Assembly (NCBI GenBank): GCA_964432485.1
Contig: CAYSNP010000002.1
Coordinates: forward strand, 6,141-70,140
Length of the DNA: 64,000 nt
Direction of reading: 5' to 3'
Origin: an uncultured Christensenellaceae bacterium
Lineage (GTDB): Bacteria; Bacillota; Clostridia; Christensenellales; DTU072
Shown here: positions 36,262 through 45,968 of the stretch, piece after piece
How the letters are laid out: each line of letters opens with the position of its first letter
Position numbering within the stretch: position 1 is the stretch's first letter
Notes under the pieces: generated by a model
The model's input: only the letters and a program-made list of their open reading frames with translations
Database searches by the model: none
What the model was told of the DNA's origin: nothing
Made by a program: the position numbers and the translations under genes

Positions 36262-37958
36262 TAATCCTTAGCATTAAGGTGAAACACCATTGCCTCATAT
36301 GGCCTTAGGCGCATACTTTCAAGATTGGCACGGTCATAGTTATAGTTGTGAAAAACAAGTTTATTAGTATAAAATGAAATATGGCTGGGCAAAGCAAAGT
36401 CCACTTCCTTGTTCTTAAAATTGCACACTACAACTAGCACCTCTCCATTATACCCTCGCTCATAGCAATATAAATCTTTATGCTTAGGATAGCTTTCAAG
36501 ATAAGTGCCTTGCTTGATTATTTCGTTGCCCTTGCGGTAAGCTATTAGCTTTTTATAAAAATGCCAAATAGAATCTTTATCTTGCATAGCTTGCTCTACA
36601 TTGATTTGCTTGTAGTTGGGATTGATAGAAAACCAAGGAGAACCTTTAGTAAAGCCTGCATTGGTATTGCTTGACCATTGCATAGGTGTCCTTGCATGGT
36701 CTCTTGCACGCTTAATCATAACTTTAAGAGCATAGTTTTGTATTACCTTAGGGAACTTTTCAACAATGCCATATACTGTTTTTGCAAGCACATCGTCAAA
36801 GTCTTCCCAATCCTTAAAGGGGTAGTTTGTCATCCCAATCTCTTGTCCTTGGTATACATAAGGAGTGCCTTGTTGAAAATAAATGCTAATTGCCAACATC
36901 TTTGCAGCCTCTGTGCGCAACTGCCCATAGTCGCCTGTAAACCGACCTAGGCTGCGAAATTGGTCATGATTTTCATAATAAAGGCTGTTCCAGCTTTTTC
37001 CTCGCATAGCATCTTGCCATCTGGTAAATATCTTTTTAAGTTTAGGCAAGTTCATACGCTTCTTAGGGATTAGGCGCAAGATCATATCTGACTCCACATG
37101 CTCAAAATGAAATACGGTATCCAGCTCCTCTCTATCCTCTGCTGTCATTAGCAGGCCTTCTTTAATATTTACCCCCGGTCCTTCGCCTACTGTCATAATG
37201 TCATACTTGCTAAATGCCTCTTTATTAAGCTGATGTAAATACCCGTGCATTTTTTCGTGACAAGTAAAATGTTCATCGCCACGCATAGCAGGCAGATGTA
37301 TCCCATTAGGCAGTCCGTCTGGCTTGCCAATATAATTAATAACATCGCATCTAAAGCCGTCACAGCCTAAATCCAGCCAATATTTTACTATGTCCACAAC
37401 TTCTTCACGCACTTTAGGATTGTCCCAATTGAGATCCGGCTGTTTTTTATTAAACAAATGCAAATACCATTCGCCCGTTGCCTCATCATACTCCCATGCG
37501 CTGCCCCCAAATCTGCTTGTCCAGTTGTTAGGCGGTCTTTTGCCGCCCTTACCTTTGCCTTTGCGCCAAATATAGTAGTCTCGGTACGGATTGTCCACAC
37601 TTGAGCGGCTTTTTATAAACCATTCGTGCTCATCGCTGGTATGATTGACCACCAGGTCCATAATTAGCTTAATCCCCCGCTTATGCATACCGTCGACCAT
37701 TTCCTTCCAATCCTCAAGAGTGCCGAACTCATCCATAATGTCACGATAATCGGATATATCGTATCCATTGTCGGCATTAGGCGACTTGTAGCAAGGAGAA
37801 AGCCATACTGCACCAATGCCTAACTCCTTGAGGTAATCCAACTTTTGAATAATGCCTTTTATATCGCCCATTCCGTCTCCGTTGCTGTCATAAAAGCTGC
37901 GGGGATAAATTTGATATACAAAAGTGTCTTTATACCATCTTGTTTTAACTACATCCAT
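36261..37958 (-). CDS. GH13 alpha-glucosidase (oligo-1,6-glucosidase / trehalose-6-phosphate hydrolase-like)
   Basis: GH13 regions: DLVVNHTSDEH, GFRCDVINYI, MTVGE, YYENHDQ. The N-terminus 'WYKDTFVYQIYPRSF' also fits the family. Confidence 0.9.
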   Translation of the reverse strand: MDVVKTRWYKDTFVYQIYPRSFYDSNGDGMGDIKGIIQKLDYLKELGIGAVWLSPCYKSPNADNGYDISDYRDIMDEFGTLEDWKEMVDGMHKRGIKLIMDLVVNHTSDEHEWFIKSRSSVDNPYRDYYIWRKGKGKGGKRPPNNWTSRFGGSAWEYDEATGEWYLHLFNKKQPDLNWDNPKVREEVVDIVKYWLDLGCDGFRCDVINYIGKPDGLPNGIHLPAMRGDEHFTCHEKMHGYLHQLNKEAFSKYDIMTVGEGPGVNIKEGLLMTAEDREELDTVFHFEHVESDMILRLIPKKRMNLPKLKKIFTRWQDAMRGKSWNSLYYENHDQFRSLGRFTGDYGQLRTEAAKMLAISIYFQQGTPYVYQGQEIGMTNYPFKDWEDFDDVLAKTVYGIVEKFPKVIQNYALKVMIKRARDHARTPMQWSSNTNAGFTKGSPWFSINPNYKQINVEQAMQDKDSIWHFYKKLIAYRKGNEIIKQGTYLESYPKHKDLYCYERGYNGEVLVVVCNFKNKEVDFALPSHISFYTNKLVFHNYNYDRANLESMRLRPYEAMVFHLNAKD

Positions 37959-38079
37959 AATACTTCTCCTTACTTGTTTTGGTACATTATACCATAATTG
38001 TTATAAGCTTTCAATAATTAGTCTGTTAAAACCGCCATTTAATACAAGGATAACCCTGCCCCAAGCAAAGCGTAAGCAA

Positions 38080-38108
38080 TTGACATTGGCTATCTTATAG
38101 TGTATTAT
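38080..38108 (+). promoter_or_regulatory. Promoter of the third ABC-FtsX operon
   Basis: TTGACA (38080-38085), a 17-nt spacer, then TATTAT (38103-38108). Confidence 0.5.
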
Positions 38109-38144
38109 ATTATAATAAAAGTCATAAGGTAATTTTGTCTCTAT

Positions 38145-40925
38145 ATGCTGGAAGTTAAGAACTTAACTAAGATATACGAAAGCAAAAGCGGTAACAGGGT
38201 TGTCGCTTTAGATGGCATTGACTTAAAGTTCCCTGAAAATGGACTTATCTTTATATTAGGCAAAAGCGGCAGCGGAAAAAGCACTTTTCTCAATGTTGTC
38301 AGCGGGTTGGATGCACCTGACGGCGGCGAGATTATCATAGCGGACAGGTCCAGCAAATATTTTTCCGAAAAGGACTTTGATGCATACCGAAATACATATT
38401 TAGGCTTTATTTTTCAAGAATACAATATTATAAACGAGTTTTCTGTTAAAGATAACATTGCCCTGGCTCTGGAATTGCAAAACAAGCCGCCCGACCGCAA
38501 TAAAATTGCAGCTATCCTGGAAATTGTAGGACTGGAGGGCTTTGGGGACAGAAAACCTAACGAACTGTCAGGCGGACAAAAGCAAAGGGTGGCTATTGCA
38601 AGGGCATTGGTTAAAGAGCCAAATGTAATTTTTGCCGATGAGCCTACGGGCAATTTGGATTCCGCCTCAAGCGTGCAGATATTTGATTTCTTAAAGCATT
38701 TAAGCCAAAAAAAACTAATTATTGTCGTTAGCCACGATTCGGACAGCGCAGAAAAATACGGAGATAGGATAATTGAGCTGTCTGACGGTAAAGTTATTGC
38801 TGATAGGACATTTAATGAGCAAGATACCTCCTCAAGAGCAAGAAAACATCGGTTCATACCTACTCAGGTAGTGAAGGTGGATAAAGATATACGCTTTTTG
38901 CCTATAAATGCTCACCTGCCTTCCAAGGCAAAAAGGAAAATTGCCGCCAGCAATATATTAAATAAAAAAGGGCGGCTTGCTGTCACTTTAATTTTAATTA
39001 TTACCTCGCTTACCTTATTTGGGTTTGCACAAATCTTAGCAGGGTATAATCTGGTAGATGCAACACTTTCCAGCTTTGATAAGATGGGCATCACCAACGT
39101 GAGGATAGAGCAAGGTAAAATGGATGAGTATGTAGGCTTATATTTTGACCGTAGCAGAGAAGTTATAGAAGATGAAACAATTGAGAAGGTAAAAACCAAG
39201 TTTTCTGCATATCACTTTAGCAAATATTACCCTTTTATTAGTATGGGTATAGGGTTACGGTCAGGAGCAACAGGGTCACCTTTTTTACCCTCTTCTATCA
39301 GGGGCGTAGTGATTACCAGCGAGAAAGGGCTTGCGCAAATGGGGTATACTTTATTGGGGGAGTTTCCTGATGAGGATAGCAATCAAATCATTCTTACTGA
39401 TTTTATGGTATTTAATTTATTATGGGCAGATGCTACCAAGCTAGGCTATCCTGCCAGCGATAGCAAGGGAGATAATATCTCAATAGCTGATATTTTGCGA
39501 ATGTTTATTGAGCTTAAACTTAAAGCGGAAGATTTTAATATTTTGCTGGATATATTGAACGGCGATTACGAAAAAGATAAAAACTTTTTTACCAGAAGCG
39601 CAACGGAAGAGGCTTTGCGCCGTATTGTCAAAGGTGTATCTCAAGCTGCACTAGGCAGAGAGCTTAAGATATCCGGAGGGACTTTTCAGGTTACGGGCGT
39701 AATATCAACAGGTTTTGAAAAATATTTTGATATAATGAAGAAAGATTTCAAAAAGATTTTGAATGACCCCAGAGTTCTGGAGTTGCAAGAAAATATAAAC
39801 TATTACTATGGCAATTTCTATGCGGCGGAAGGGTTTCTGGATAACTTGTTTGAAAAAAGAATCTTACTGGGTAGCTTGTCCATACCCTCTCCTTTAGGCT
39901 TTGAGGATTGGCTAGTCGAAATGGAACAAACAATTGCAGAATATAGAGAGGCGAACCCTTCACATTACTTGCTTGATAGTGACAGTAAAGAAAATGCTAT
40001 TGATATCTTTTATTTTGAAGGTTATGGAGATAAACCGCTTGCAAAAAATGAAGTGTTGCTTAGCCAAGATATGTTCAAAAGCACATTCAATCTAGAGTAT
40101 AACCAATGGCAAAAAGGAGCATCAGATAAATACTCTTGCCCTATTTACACGCTAAGATATGGGGTTTCTAACCTAGATTGGCAAGCAAAGCCTATGGAAA
40201 TGAAAGTAATAGGGGTAATAAAAGACAAGCGCTTCCTAGTTAAAGAGGATGGTATGGATGTAGTTAAGAAAAATATTAAATCTCTTTATTCTATTGTTGT
40301 CAATAATTCTGTTTATGAAAATATAGCAAAAGATATACAAAAAGTAGGGGCATTATACTTTCGCCTAAGCGGCAGCACCAGCCAAAATAGGGCAATTATA
40401 TCATATCTTTGCGATACAACCGCAGAAGGCGATATGCTATATCATCTTAGTCCTATTAGCGAGCTGCTGTACACAATGAGTGATGCACTAATGATTATGC
40501 AGATTTTATTCAAAAGTCTTAGCTATGTATTAGGTGTATTTAGCGCAATACTGCTTATTAACTTTATGGCAACCTCAGTAATGGCAAAACAGCGTGAAAT
40601 TGGAGTGCTTAGAGCCCTAGGCTGCAGGGGGAGGGATGTCAGCGGTATTTTCCTTTATGAGGCAGGTTTTATAGGTATAATTCATCTTGTTGTCACTTAT
40701 GCTATGATGGTGTTGACTACCTATACGGCAAACAATTTGTTCAAGGCCGGGTTTATACGCCTTTTTAAGAATGAGCTGGTAAATAAATTGCAACTGCTTA
40801 CCTTATCTATTTATCCGTTTATATTAGTTGGCGCAATTTCGCTTGTGCTGATATTTTTTGCTACCCTTATCACAACCGGCAAAATCAGCAGAATGAAGCC
40901 TGTTGATGCAATTAAAAAGGCATAG
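38145..40925 (+). CDS. Fused ABC ATPase / FtsX-type (MacB-like) permease, third paralogue
   Basis: Walker A GKSGSGKST, signature [14 protein letters not shown], Walker B VIFADEPTGNLD. There is a large extracytoplasmic region and a C-terminal FtsX bundle ending 'RMKPVDAIKKA'. Confidence 0.88.
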   Translation: MLEVKNLTKIYESKSGNRVVALDGIDLKFPENGLIFILGKSGSGKSTFLNVVSGLDAPDGGEIIIADRSSKYFSEKDFDAYRNTYLGFIFQEYNIINEFSVKDNIALALELQNKPPDRNKIAAILEIVGLEGFGDRKPNELSGGQKQRVAIARALVKEPNVIFADEPTGNLDSASSVQIFDFLKHLSQKKLIIVVSHDSDSAEKYGDRIIELSDGKVIADRTFNEQDTSSRARKHRFIPTQVVKVDKDIRFLPINAHLPSKAKRKIAASNILNKKGRLAVTLILIITSLTLFGFAQILAGYNLVDATLSSFDKMGITNVRIEQGKMDEYVGLYFDRSREVIEDETIEKVKTKFSAYHFSKYYPFISMGIGLRSGATGSPFLPSSIRGVVITSEKGLAQMGYTLLGEFPDEDSNQIILTDFMVFNLLWADATKLGYPASDSKGDNISIADILRMFIELKLKAEDFNILLDILNGDYEKDKNFFTRSATEEALRRIVKGVSQAALGRELKISGGTFQVTGVISTGFEKYFDIMKKDFKKILNDPRVLELQENINYYYGNFYAAEGFLDNLFEKRILLGSLSIPSPLGFEDWLVEMEQTIAEYREANPSHYLLDSDSKENAIDIFYFEGYGDKPLAKNEVLLSQDMFKSTFNLEYNQWQKGASDKYSCPIYTLRYGVSNLDWQAKPMEMKVIGVIKDKRFLVKEDGMDVVKKNIKSLYSIVVNNSVYENIAKDIQKVGALYFRLSGSTSQNRAIISYLCDTTAEGDMLYHLSPISELLYTMSDALMIMQILFKSLSYVLGVFSAILLINFMATSVMAKQREIGVLRALGCRGRDVSGIFLYEAGFIGIIHLVVTYAMMVLTTYTANNLFKAGFIRLFKNELVNKLQLLTLSIYPFILVGAISLVLIFFATLITTGKISRMKPVDAIKKA

Positions 40926-40928
40926 GCA

Positions 40929-41855
40929 ATGAGTATACAATTGCTTTTTTGCGGCGGAACTATTTCCAGTGAACAAAAAGAAGGGGTTTTTCTTGTAAGC
41001 AGCAAGCCAATGGTGCTGGATTACTTGCAAGCTGCATATCCCAATAAGCACTTTTTACCAAAATTTTTATTAAATAAGCATAGCGAAAACTATTTGCTAG
41101 AGGATATTGAGCGGATTATCCGCACTTTAAGAGAGGGGAGCAAGGCTAGGGCAAATATAGTTTTTTGCGGCACAGATGCGCTTGCTTATCTTGCTGCATT
41201 TTTATATTATGGGCTGGGTAGCTCTTGCAAGCCTACGGTATTAGTTAGCGCAAATGCCCCGATTGATAATAATAGATCTAATGCAAAAGCAAATATAACT
41301 GCGGCAATGGCGGCTTGTGAGGCCTTTAATAAAGGCGTTTTTGTAGCTTACAAGAACCATAATGAGCCTGCAAAAATCTACTTAGGCAATAGTATACTGT
41401 CCATACCTTGTTTTTCTAACTCTGTAAGCGCATACCCTAATGCTTATGCAGTGCTGAAAGGAGAAAAGCTAGAAATTGTCAATCCCGACTTGCCCGTATG
41501 CGGTACTGTGACATATAACTTTTCCAAACTTGCCCCTAGTGTAGTATCCATTGTAAGTGCAACAGGTTTGGATTTTAGGTACTACCTTAGCATGAAACCC
41601 CTGCCAAAGGCTTTTATTATAGAAGCATATCACTCCTCTACTGCTTGTACGCAAGAAGGGGCAAGCTATATGGCATCTATTAACAGCTTTGCTAAAGAAT
41701 GTGCTAAACTTGGGGTGGACATATGCCTATCAGGCTATGAAAACAGAGAGGCATATTACCAATCCTCAATGCAACTAGGTAGTATTATCAAAAAAATGCC
41801 CCTGCCTACTCCCGCACTTTTTGCTATGCTGACTTTGCAGTACTCCAGCCAATAA
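40929..41855 (+). CDS. Divergent L-asparaginase/glutaminase-fold protein
   Basis: 'LLFCGGTISSE' corresponds to the asparaginase 'ATGGTIAG' motif. 'IVFCGTDALAYLAAF' corresponds to 'HGTDTMEETA'. 'KPTVLVSANAP' corresponds to 'KPVVLTGAMRP'. The gene starts 3 nt after the ABC-FtsX stop. Confidence 0.45.
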   Translation: MSIQLLFCGGTISSEQKEGVFLVSSKPMVLDYLQAAYPNKHFLPKFLLNKHSENYLLEDIERIIRTLREGSKARANIVFCGTDALAYLAAFLYYGLGSSCKPTVLVSANAPIDNNRSNAKANITAAMAACEAFNKGVFVAYKNHNEPAKIYLGNSILSIPCFSNSVSAYPNAYAVLKGEKLEIVNPDLPVCGTVTYNFSKLAPSVVSIVSATGLDFRYYLSMKPLPKAFIIEAYHSSTACTQEGASYMASINSFAKECAKLGVDICLSGYENREAYYQSSMQLGSIIKKMPLPTPALFAMLTLQYSSQ

Positions 41856-41935
41856 ATAACAGTATCCCCTAAGCCCCTTTTTTACAGCAAAAAATTGAAG
41901 TATTACTTTATTTATGATATAATTTTAGTAGGATA

Positions 41936-44200
41936 ATGAAAAAAAGAAACTTAATTGCTTGCATTTTAATATTGATTTTACTGCTGCTGTTTGCTTCCGC
42001 TTGCCAGAAAAAGGCAGAGAGTTTTGCATTTGAAAAAAGCGAGCTAACAATTGCGGTTGGGCAGCGAGTTGCTCCCAAAGTTGTTGCTTACCCCGAAGAT
42101 AGGGCTTACTCTTTGCAAGCGGAAAATCCCACTATTGTAACAGTGGAAGGCAAGGAAATAATTGGGCTTAAAATTGGGGTCACTTATGTAAATGCTGTCT
42201 CCGGCAATTTTACTGACACCTTAAAAGTTATAGTAGGGGACGCCACCGGCAAGTTGCCCGATGTGGATATCTTTTATACCCTCTCCTTCCAAACCGATTA
42301 TGGCTCTGCACCTGAAAGCGTTGCTGTGTTAGAAGGCGATTATGCGCAAAATCCGGGCAGTCTTGCAAATATCGGCGGCTATAAATTCACAGGATGGTAT
42401 ATTGATAATCAAGGCACTCAGCTATTTGACTTTGAGTCAGTGCAAATATATGACCATTATACCCTTTATGCCGGCTGGGAAATTGACCCTACTATTAACT
42501 TTAGCTATACTACTGAAAACGAAAAATGGGTTATTAACGGATTCCATTATGCAGATGTACCTTATGAGGTTGTCAACTTTCCTATCTATAGCCCAGAACT
42601 TTCGCCTGTTGGCAAAATGGCAATACAAGGGATAAGCGCAGAAGCCTTTAAGGGCAATACAACCTTAACAGAGATTATTATACCTTCCTCTTATGAGTAT
42701 ATAGGACAAGAGGCTTTTGCCAATGTTAAAAACTTAAAAAAAGTGACCTTTATCGGAAGTGAGCAGGAGCTTATATCTATTGAAAACAAGGTATTTTGCA
42801 ACTGTAGTGCGCTTGAGGAAGTAGTCAACTTGCCCGATAGCATTACAAGCATAGGAGAGCTGGCATTTTATAATACAGAAAAACTTGCTAACTTTAGCTT
42901 TCCAAATGCACTTGAAAAAATTGAGGAAGGAGCGTTTGCCGACAGCGGTATTGCCGGCGCAGATATAAAAGGTGTAAGTATAATAGGAAAGGAAGCCTTT
43001 GCATACAGCAAGTTAGAGCAATTTACCTGCACCGAGGAACTAACTGATATAGGAGTGGATGCCTTTTTAGCTACACCTTGGCAAAATGGTATATTGCAAG
43101 CTGACAATTATATAGAAGTAAATAATATCTTATTAAAAGTTAATCTAAACTCAAGCAATCCTTCTTTTGATATGCCAACCAACATTGCCAAAGTTGCAAG
43201 CGCATGCTTTACTTATGAAGGCGCAGAAATAATGTTAAGCACTGGCCATTTTCCTGAATTTATGTCTGACTCATTGCCGCAAAATTATGATATTATTGTA
43301 GCTAGCGCAGCCTTGCAAAGCTATTTGGACTATTATCCAGCAGAAATAGCCGGCAATATATGGTGCTTGCATAGCAATTACAATGTAGACGGAAAGTATA
43401 CCTTTGAGCTTTTAGAAAGGGGTGCAAGCGGTGATATAGTTATTAAACAATGCACAACAAATGAAAATGAAATAAACCTTGTAGACATATTTACGGGCAA
43501 GCATATAAAAAAGATTAAAAGGACTGCCTTTGGCAGCAGTTGCCCCAACTTAGCAATTGTACGCTTGCCTTCTGACGCAGAGCAGGTTAGTATAAATGCT
43601 TTTAATACTGTTATAAGGGCTTTGTTTATTAAACAAGTAGGCTCAGCAATCTTGCAACTAGAAGGCAATCCTGTTCTTACTACTGTTTCGCCTGCGGGAT
43701 ACGAATATAAGCTATATATAGACAGCACCGGATACAGTAACAAAAGGCAAGCATATATCAATGCTTATAGCTTTTTATCCGCTTCCAATACTTTTGACGC
43801 TGCTATTGTAAAAGAGGACGGGTTATGCGTCAATGTTGTGGATGACGAAGCATATATAGTGCAATATTTAGGCTGGGCATCTTCGCTTACCATATTAGAC
43901 GAGTATGACAGCAACCCCCTAGTAGGGATAAGCAAGTATGCCTTTTGCGGCAATAAAACTTTAGATGCTCTTATTATTGAAGATGGCAGCCTACCTTTAG
44001 GTATAGGAGTCAATGCCCTTTACAATATGAACAGCAATATGCAGTTTACTATAAAAAGAGCAACTCCGCCCGCACTAGGCGAAAATGTATTTGGCTCCGG
44101 CTCTACTGCAGGGTATGCTATCTATGTACCTGCTGATTATGTTGAGATTTATAAGTCAGCTTGGGTTCAATATGCAAATATAATTTCCGCTATAGAATAA
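41936..44200 (+). CDS. Surface lipoprotein with a Big_2-like domain, a Listeria-Bacteroides repeat and BspA-type leucine-rich repeats
   Basis: Lipobox FASAC. 'YTLSFQTDYGSAPE...YKFTGWY...YTLYAGW' is a Listeria-Bacteroides (Flg_new) repeat. Repeated 'IPSS..YIGQEAFANVKNLKKVTF', 'LPDSITSIGELAFYN' and 'FPNALEKIEEGAFA' are BspA-like LRRs. Confidence 0.75.
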   Translation: MKKRNLIACILILILLLLFASACQKKAESFAFEKSELTIAVGQRVAPKVVAYPEDRAYSLQAENPTIVTVEGKEIIGLKIGVTYVNAVSGNFTDTLKVIVGDATGKLPDVDIFYTLSFQTDYGSAPESVAVLEGDYAQNPGSLANIGGYKFTGWYIDNQGTQLFDFESVQIYDHYTLYAGWEIDPTINFSYTTENEKWVINGFHYADVPYEVVNFPIYSPELSPVGKMAIQGISAEAFKGNTTLTEIIIPSSYEYIGQEAFANVKNLKKVTFIGSEQELISIENKVFCNCSALEEVVNLPDSITSIGELAFYNTEKLANFSFPNALEKIEEGAFADSGIAGADIKGVSIIGKEAFAYSKLEQFTCTEELTDIGVDAFLATPWQNGILQADNYIEVNNILLKVNLNSSNPSFDMPTNIAKVASACFTYEGAEIMLSTGHFPEFMSDSLPQNYDIIVASAALQSYLDYYPAEIAGNIWCLHSNYNVDGKYTFELLERGASGDIVIKQCTTNENEINLVDIFTGKHIKKIKRTAFGSSCPNLAIVRLPSDAEQVSINAFNTVIRALFIKQVGSAILQLEGNPVLTTVSPAGYEYKLYIDSTGYSNKRQAYINAYSFLSASNTFDAAIVKEDGLCVNVVDDEAYIVQYLGWASSLTILDEYDSNPLVGISKYAFCGNKTLDALIIEDGSLPLGIGVNALYNMNSNMQFTIKRATPPALGENVFGSGSTAGYAIYVPADYVEIYKSAWVQYANIISAIE

Positions 44201-44240
44201 GCAATAGTATATTTGGCAACCCTTTTTTCATACTAATTAT

Positions 44241-45485
44241 ATGAAAAAAAGGGCTATAACATTGCTAACCTTAATTACCCTGCCCATATTACTGGCACTT
44301 TTGGGCGGATATGCTTACTTTAAGTCCTTTTTTGTATTGGAAATCACCCATAACGAAGGGATTGTCTTTGAAAGACGATACCAAATCCCATTTCGCACTA
44401 CAATTGCTATAGCATTAAAACATAATGGAGATTATGCCAAGTTTTACAATGCCAGGAAAGATATAAGCACCGCTCAAAAGCTGGACTATCTTGCTAAAGG
44501 GCTAAGCGCAGACTTACAAGAGTTGCAAAAGTTCAACTTCTTGCCCAGAGATGCCGCCTATCAATGGAATGCAGCAGATACCAATTTTACTTACGAAAAA
44601 GAAATGTCGGGTCAAGTAGTAGATATGGATGAGCTTGCCAAAAGTATCTTTGAAAATCTTGCCCCAAAGACCAAAGTGAGCCTGCCTTGCAAGCCCATTG
44701 CCCCTGCCAGAAGGCTGTTAGATGTAAAAAAATCCACCGCATTGCAAGGATTTTACAGCACAAACTATTCCAGCAGCGCACAAGCCCGAAAGCATAATAT
44801 AAGCGTAGCGGCAGGCAGGCTAAACGGGGCGGTTATATCTCCCGGAGAAGCGTTGTCTTTTAATAAAGTGGTGGGCGACAGAACAAGCGCCAATGGATTT
44901 ATGCTTAGCATAATAATATCTGACGGTAAGTTTGTGCCGGGCACAGGCGGCGGAGTTTGCCAGGTCTCTACTACCCTTTACAATGCTTGTCTTAGGGCGG
45001 GGCTGACAATTGATTACGCCAAGCCCCACTCATTGCCCGTTTCGTATGTGCCCCCTTCTTGCGATGCTATGGTAAGCAGAACAAACGACCTTGTAATTAA
45101 AAATCCGACTGACTCCCATTTCTTTCTAAAGACAAAAGCGGACGGGTCAACTTTAAGCATCTTTGTATATGGGGCGGACACCTCGGGGGGCAAAGTTTTT
45201 AATATTAAGAGCACAATAGAACGCCGTATAGAAAGCAACCAATATGAAGAGATAATTGACAATTCCGGAAAGCTGCAGCCCGGAGAAAGGAAAGTAATAA
45301 AAGCCCCTAAAGCAGGGCTGGTCAGCAGCGCATATATGGAGTATTACTGCAATGGGGTTTTGGTAGAAACAAAAAGACTTAGGCAGGACTATTACAGTCC
45401 GCAAAAAGGGATAGTTGCGGTAAGCCCTTATGCCAAGTCTGATTTAGATGAAAGAGAAGTCGAAATTGCCAATATTTGCTCTTAA
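44241..45485 (+). CDS. VanW-family protein
   Basis: It has an N-terminal TM. 'GGGVCQVSTTLYNACLRAGL' and 'SRTNDLVIKN' match the VanW-like domain pattern. Confidence 0.8.
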   Translation: MKKRAITLLTLITLPILLALLGGYAYFKSFFVLEITHNEGIVFERRYQIPFRTTIAIALKHNGDYAKFYNARKDISTAQKLDYLAKGLSADLQELQKFNFLPRDAAYQWNAADTNFTYEKEMSGQVVDMDELAKSIFENLAPKTKVSLPCKPIAPARRLLDVKKSTALQGFYSTNYSSSAQARKHNISVAAGRLNGAVISPGEALSFNKVVGDRTSANGFMLSIIISDGKFVPGTGGGVCQVSTTLYNACLRAGLTIDYAKPHSLPVSYVPPSCDAMVSRTNDLVIKNPTDSHFFLKTKADGSTLSIFVYGADTSGGKVFNIKSTIERRIESNQYEEIIDNSGKLQPGERKVIKAPKAGLVSSAYMEYYCNGVLVETKRLRQDYYSPQKGIVAVSPYAKSDLDEREVEIANICS

Positions 45486-45968
45486 AAACACTACCCCTAC
45501 TATTTGTTCCATATCTCCGAGATTGCCATAATGGCTATCTGAAGAAAAATTCCTATTGTCGCCAAGGTAATAAAATTGACCTTCGCCTACTACTACCTCA
45601 TCTTGAATATAATCCATTTTTTCATTTATATAAGGCTCTATTAACTTTTCTCCGTTGCGAAACACATAGCTATCTGGACCCTCTCTTTTTACCTCAATGG
45701 TATCGCCCGCTAGCCCAATTACCCGCTTTACCAGATACTTGCTGTCCAAAGCAGAATAAAATATCACTATATCTCCGTACTTAGGCTCTGCCAGTCTATA
45801 TACAACCGCCCTATCCCCATCATGAATTGTAGGCTCCATACTATGCCCGTCTATTGGGATAGATGCAATAAGATATTGGGTTGCAAAAAAAGATAATAGA
45901 TATGCCAAGCCAATGATAATCGCCAGTGAGGCAATAGTTTTTAAGACCTTTTTTACTTCTCCGCTCAA
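45444..45968 (-). CDS. lepB: Signal peptidase I
   Basis: SPase I boxes: GHSMEPTI (catalytic Ser), YLVKRVIGLAGD (catalytic Lys), GDNRNFSSDSH. It overlaps the upstream gene by 4 nt and the convergent VanW gene by 42 nt. Confidence 0.9.
   Translation of the reverse strand: MSGEVKKVLKTIASLAIIIGLAYLLSFFATQYLIASIPIDGHSMEPTIHDGDRAVVYRLAEPKYGDIVIFYSALDSKYLVKRVIGLAGDTIEVKREGPDSYVFRNGEKLIEPYINEKMDYIQDEVVVGEGQFYYLGDNRNFSSDSHYGNLGDMEQIVGVVFLRANIGNFDFSFI

Noticed and set aside
41936-41950. A7 runs right after the start codons of the LRR lipoprotein (41936) and VanW (44241) genes, considered as phase-variation tracts.
   Set aside because: They simply encode Lys-Lys in signal-peptide n-regions. Seven A's is short for a contingency locus.
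45444-45485. A 42-nt convergent overlap of the VanW and lepB 3' ends (and a 9-nt overlap at 25363-25371).
   Set aside because: Both ORFs are well supported to their stops. Short convergent overlaps are common in compact genomes, and I see no evidence of a frameshift or a special element.
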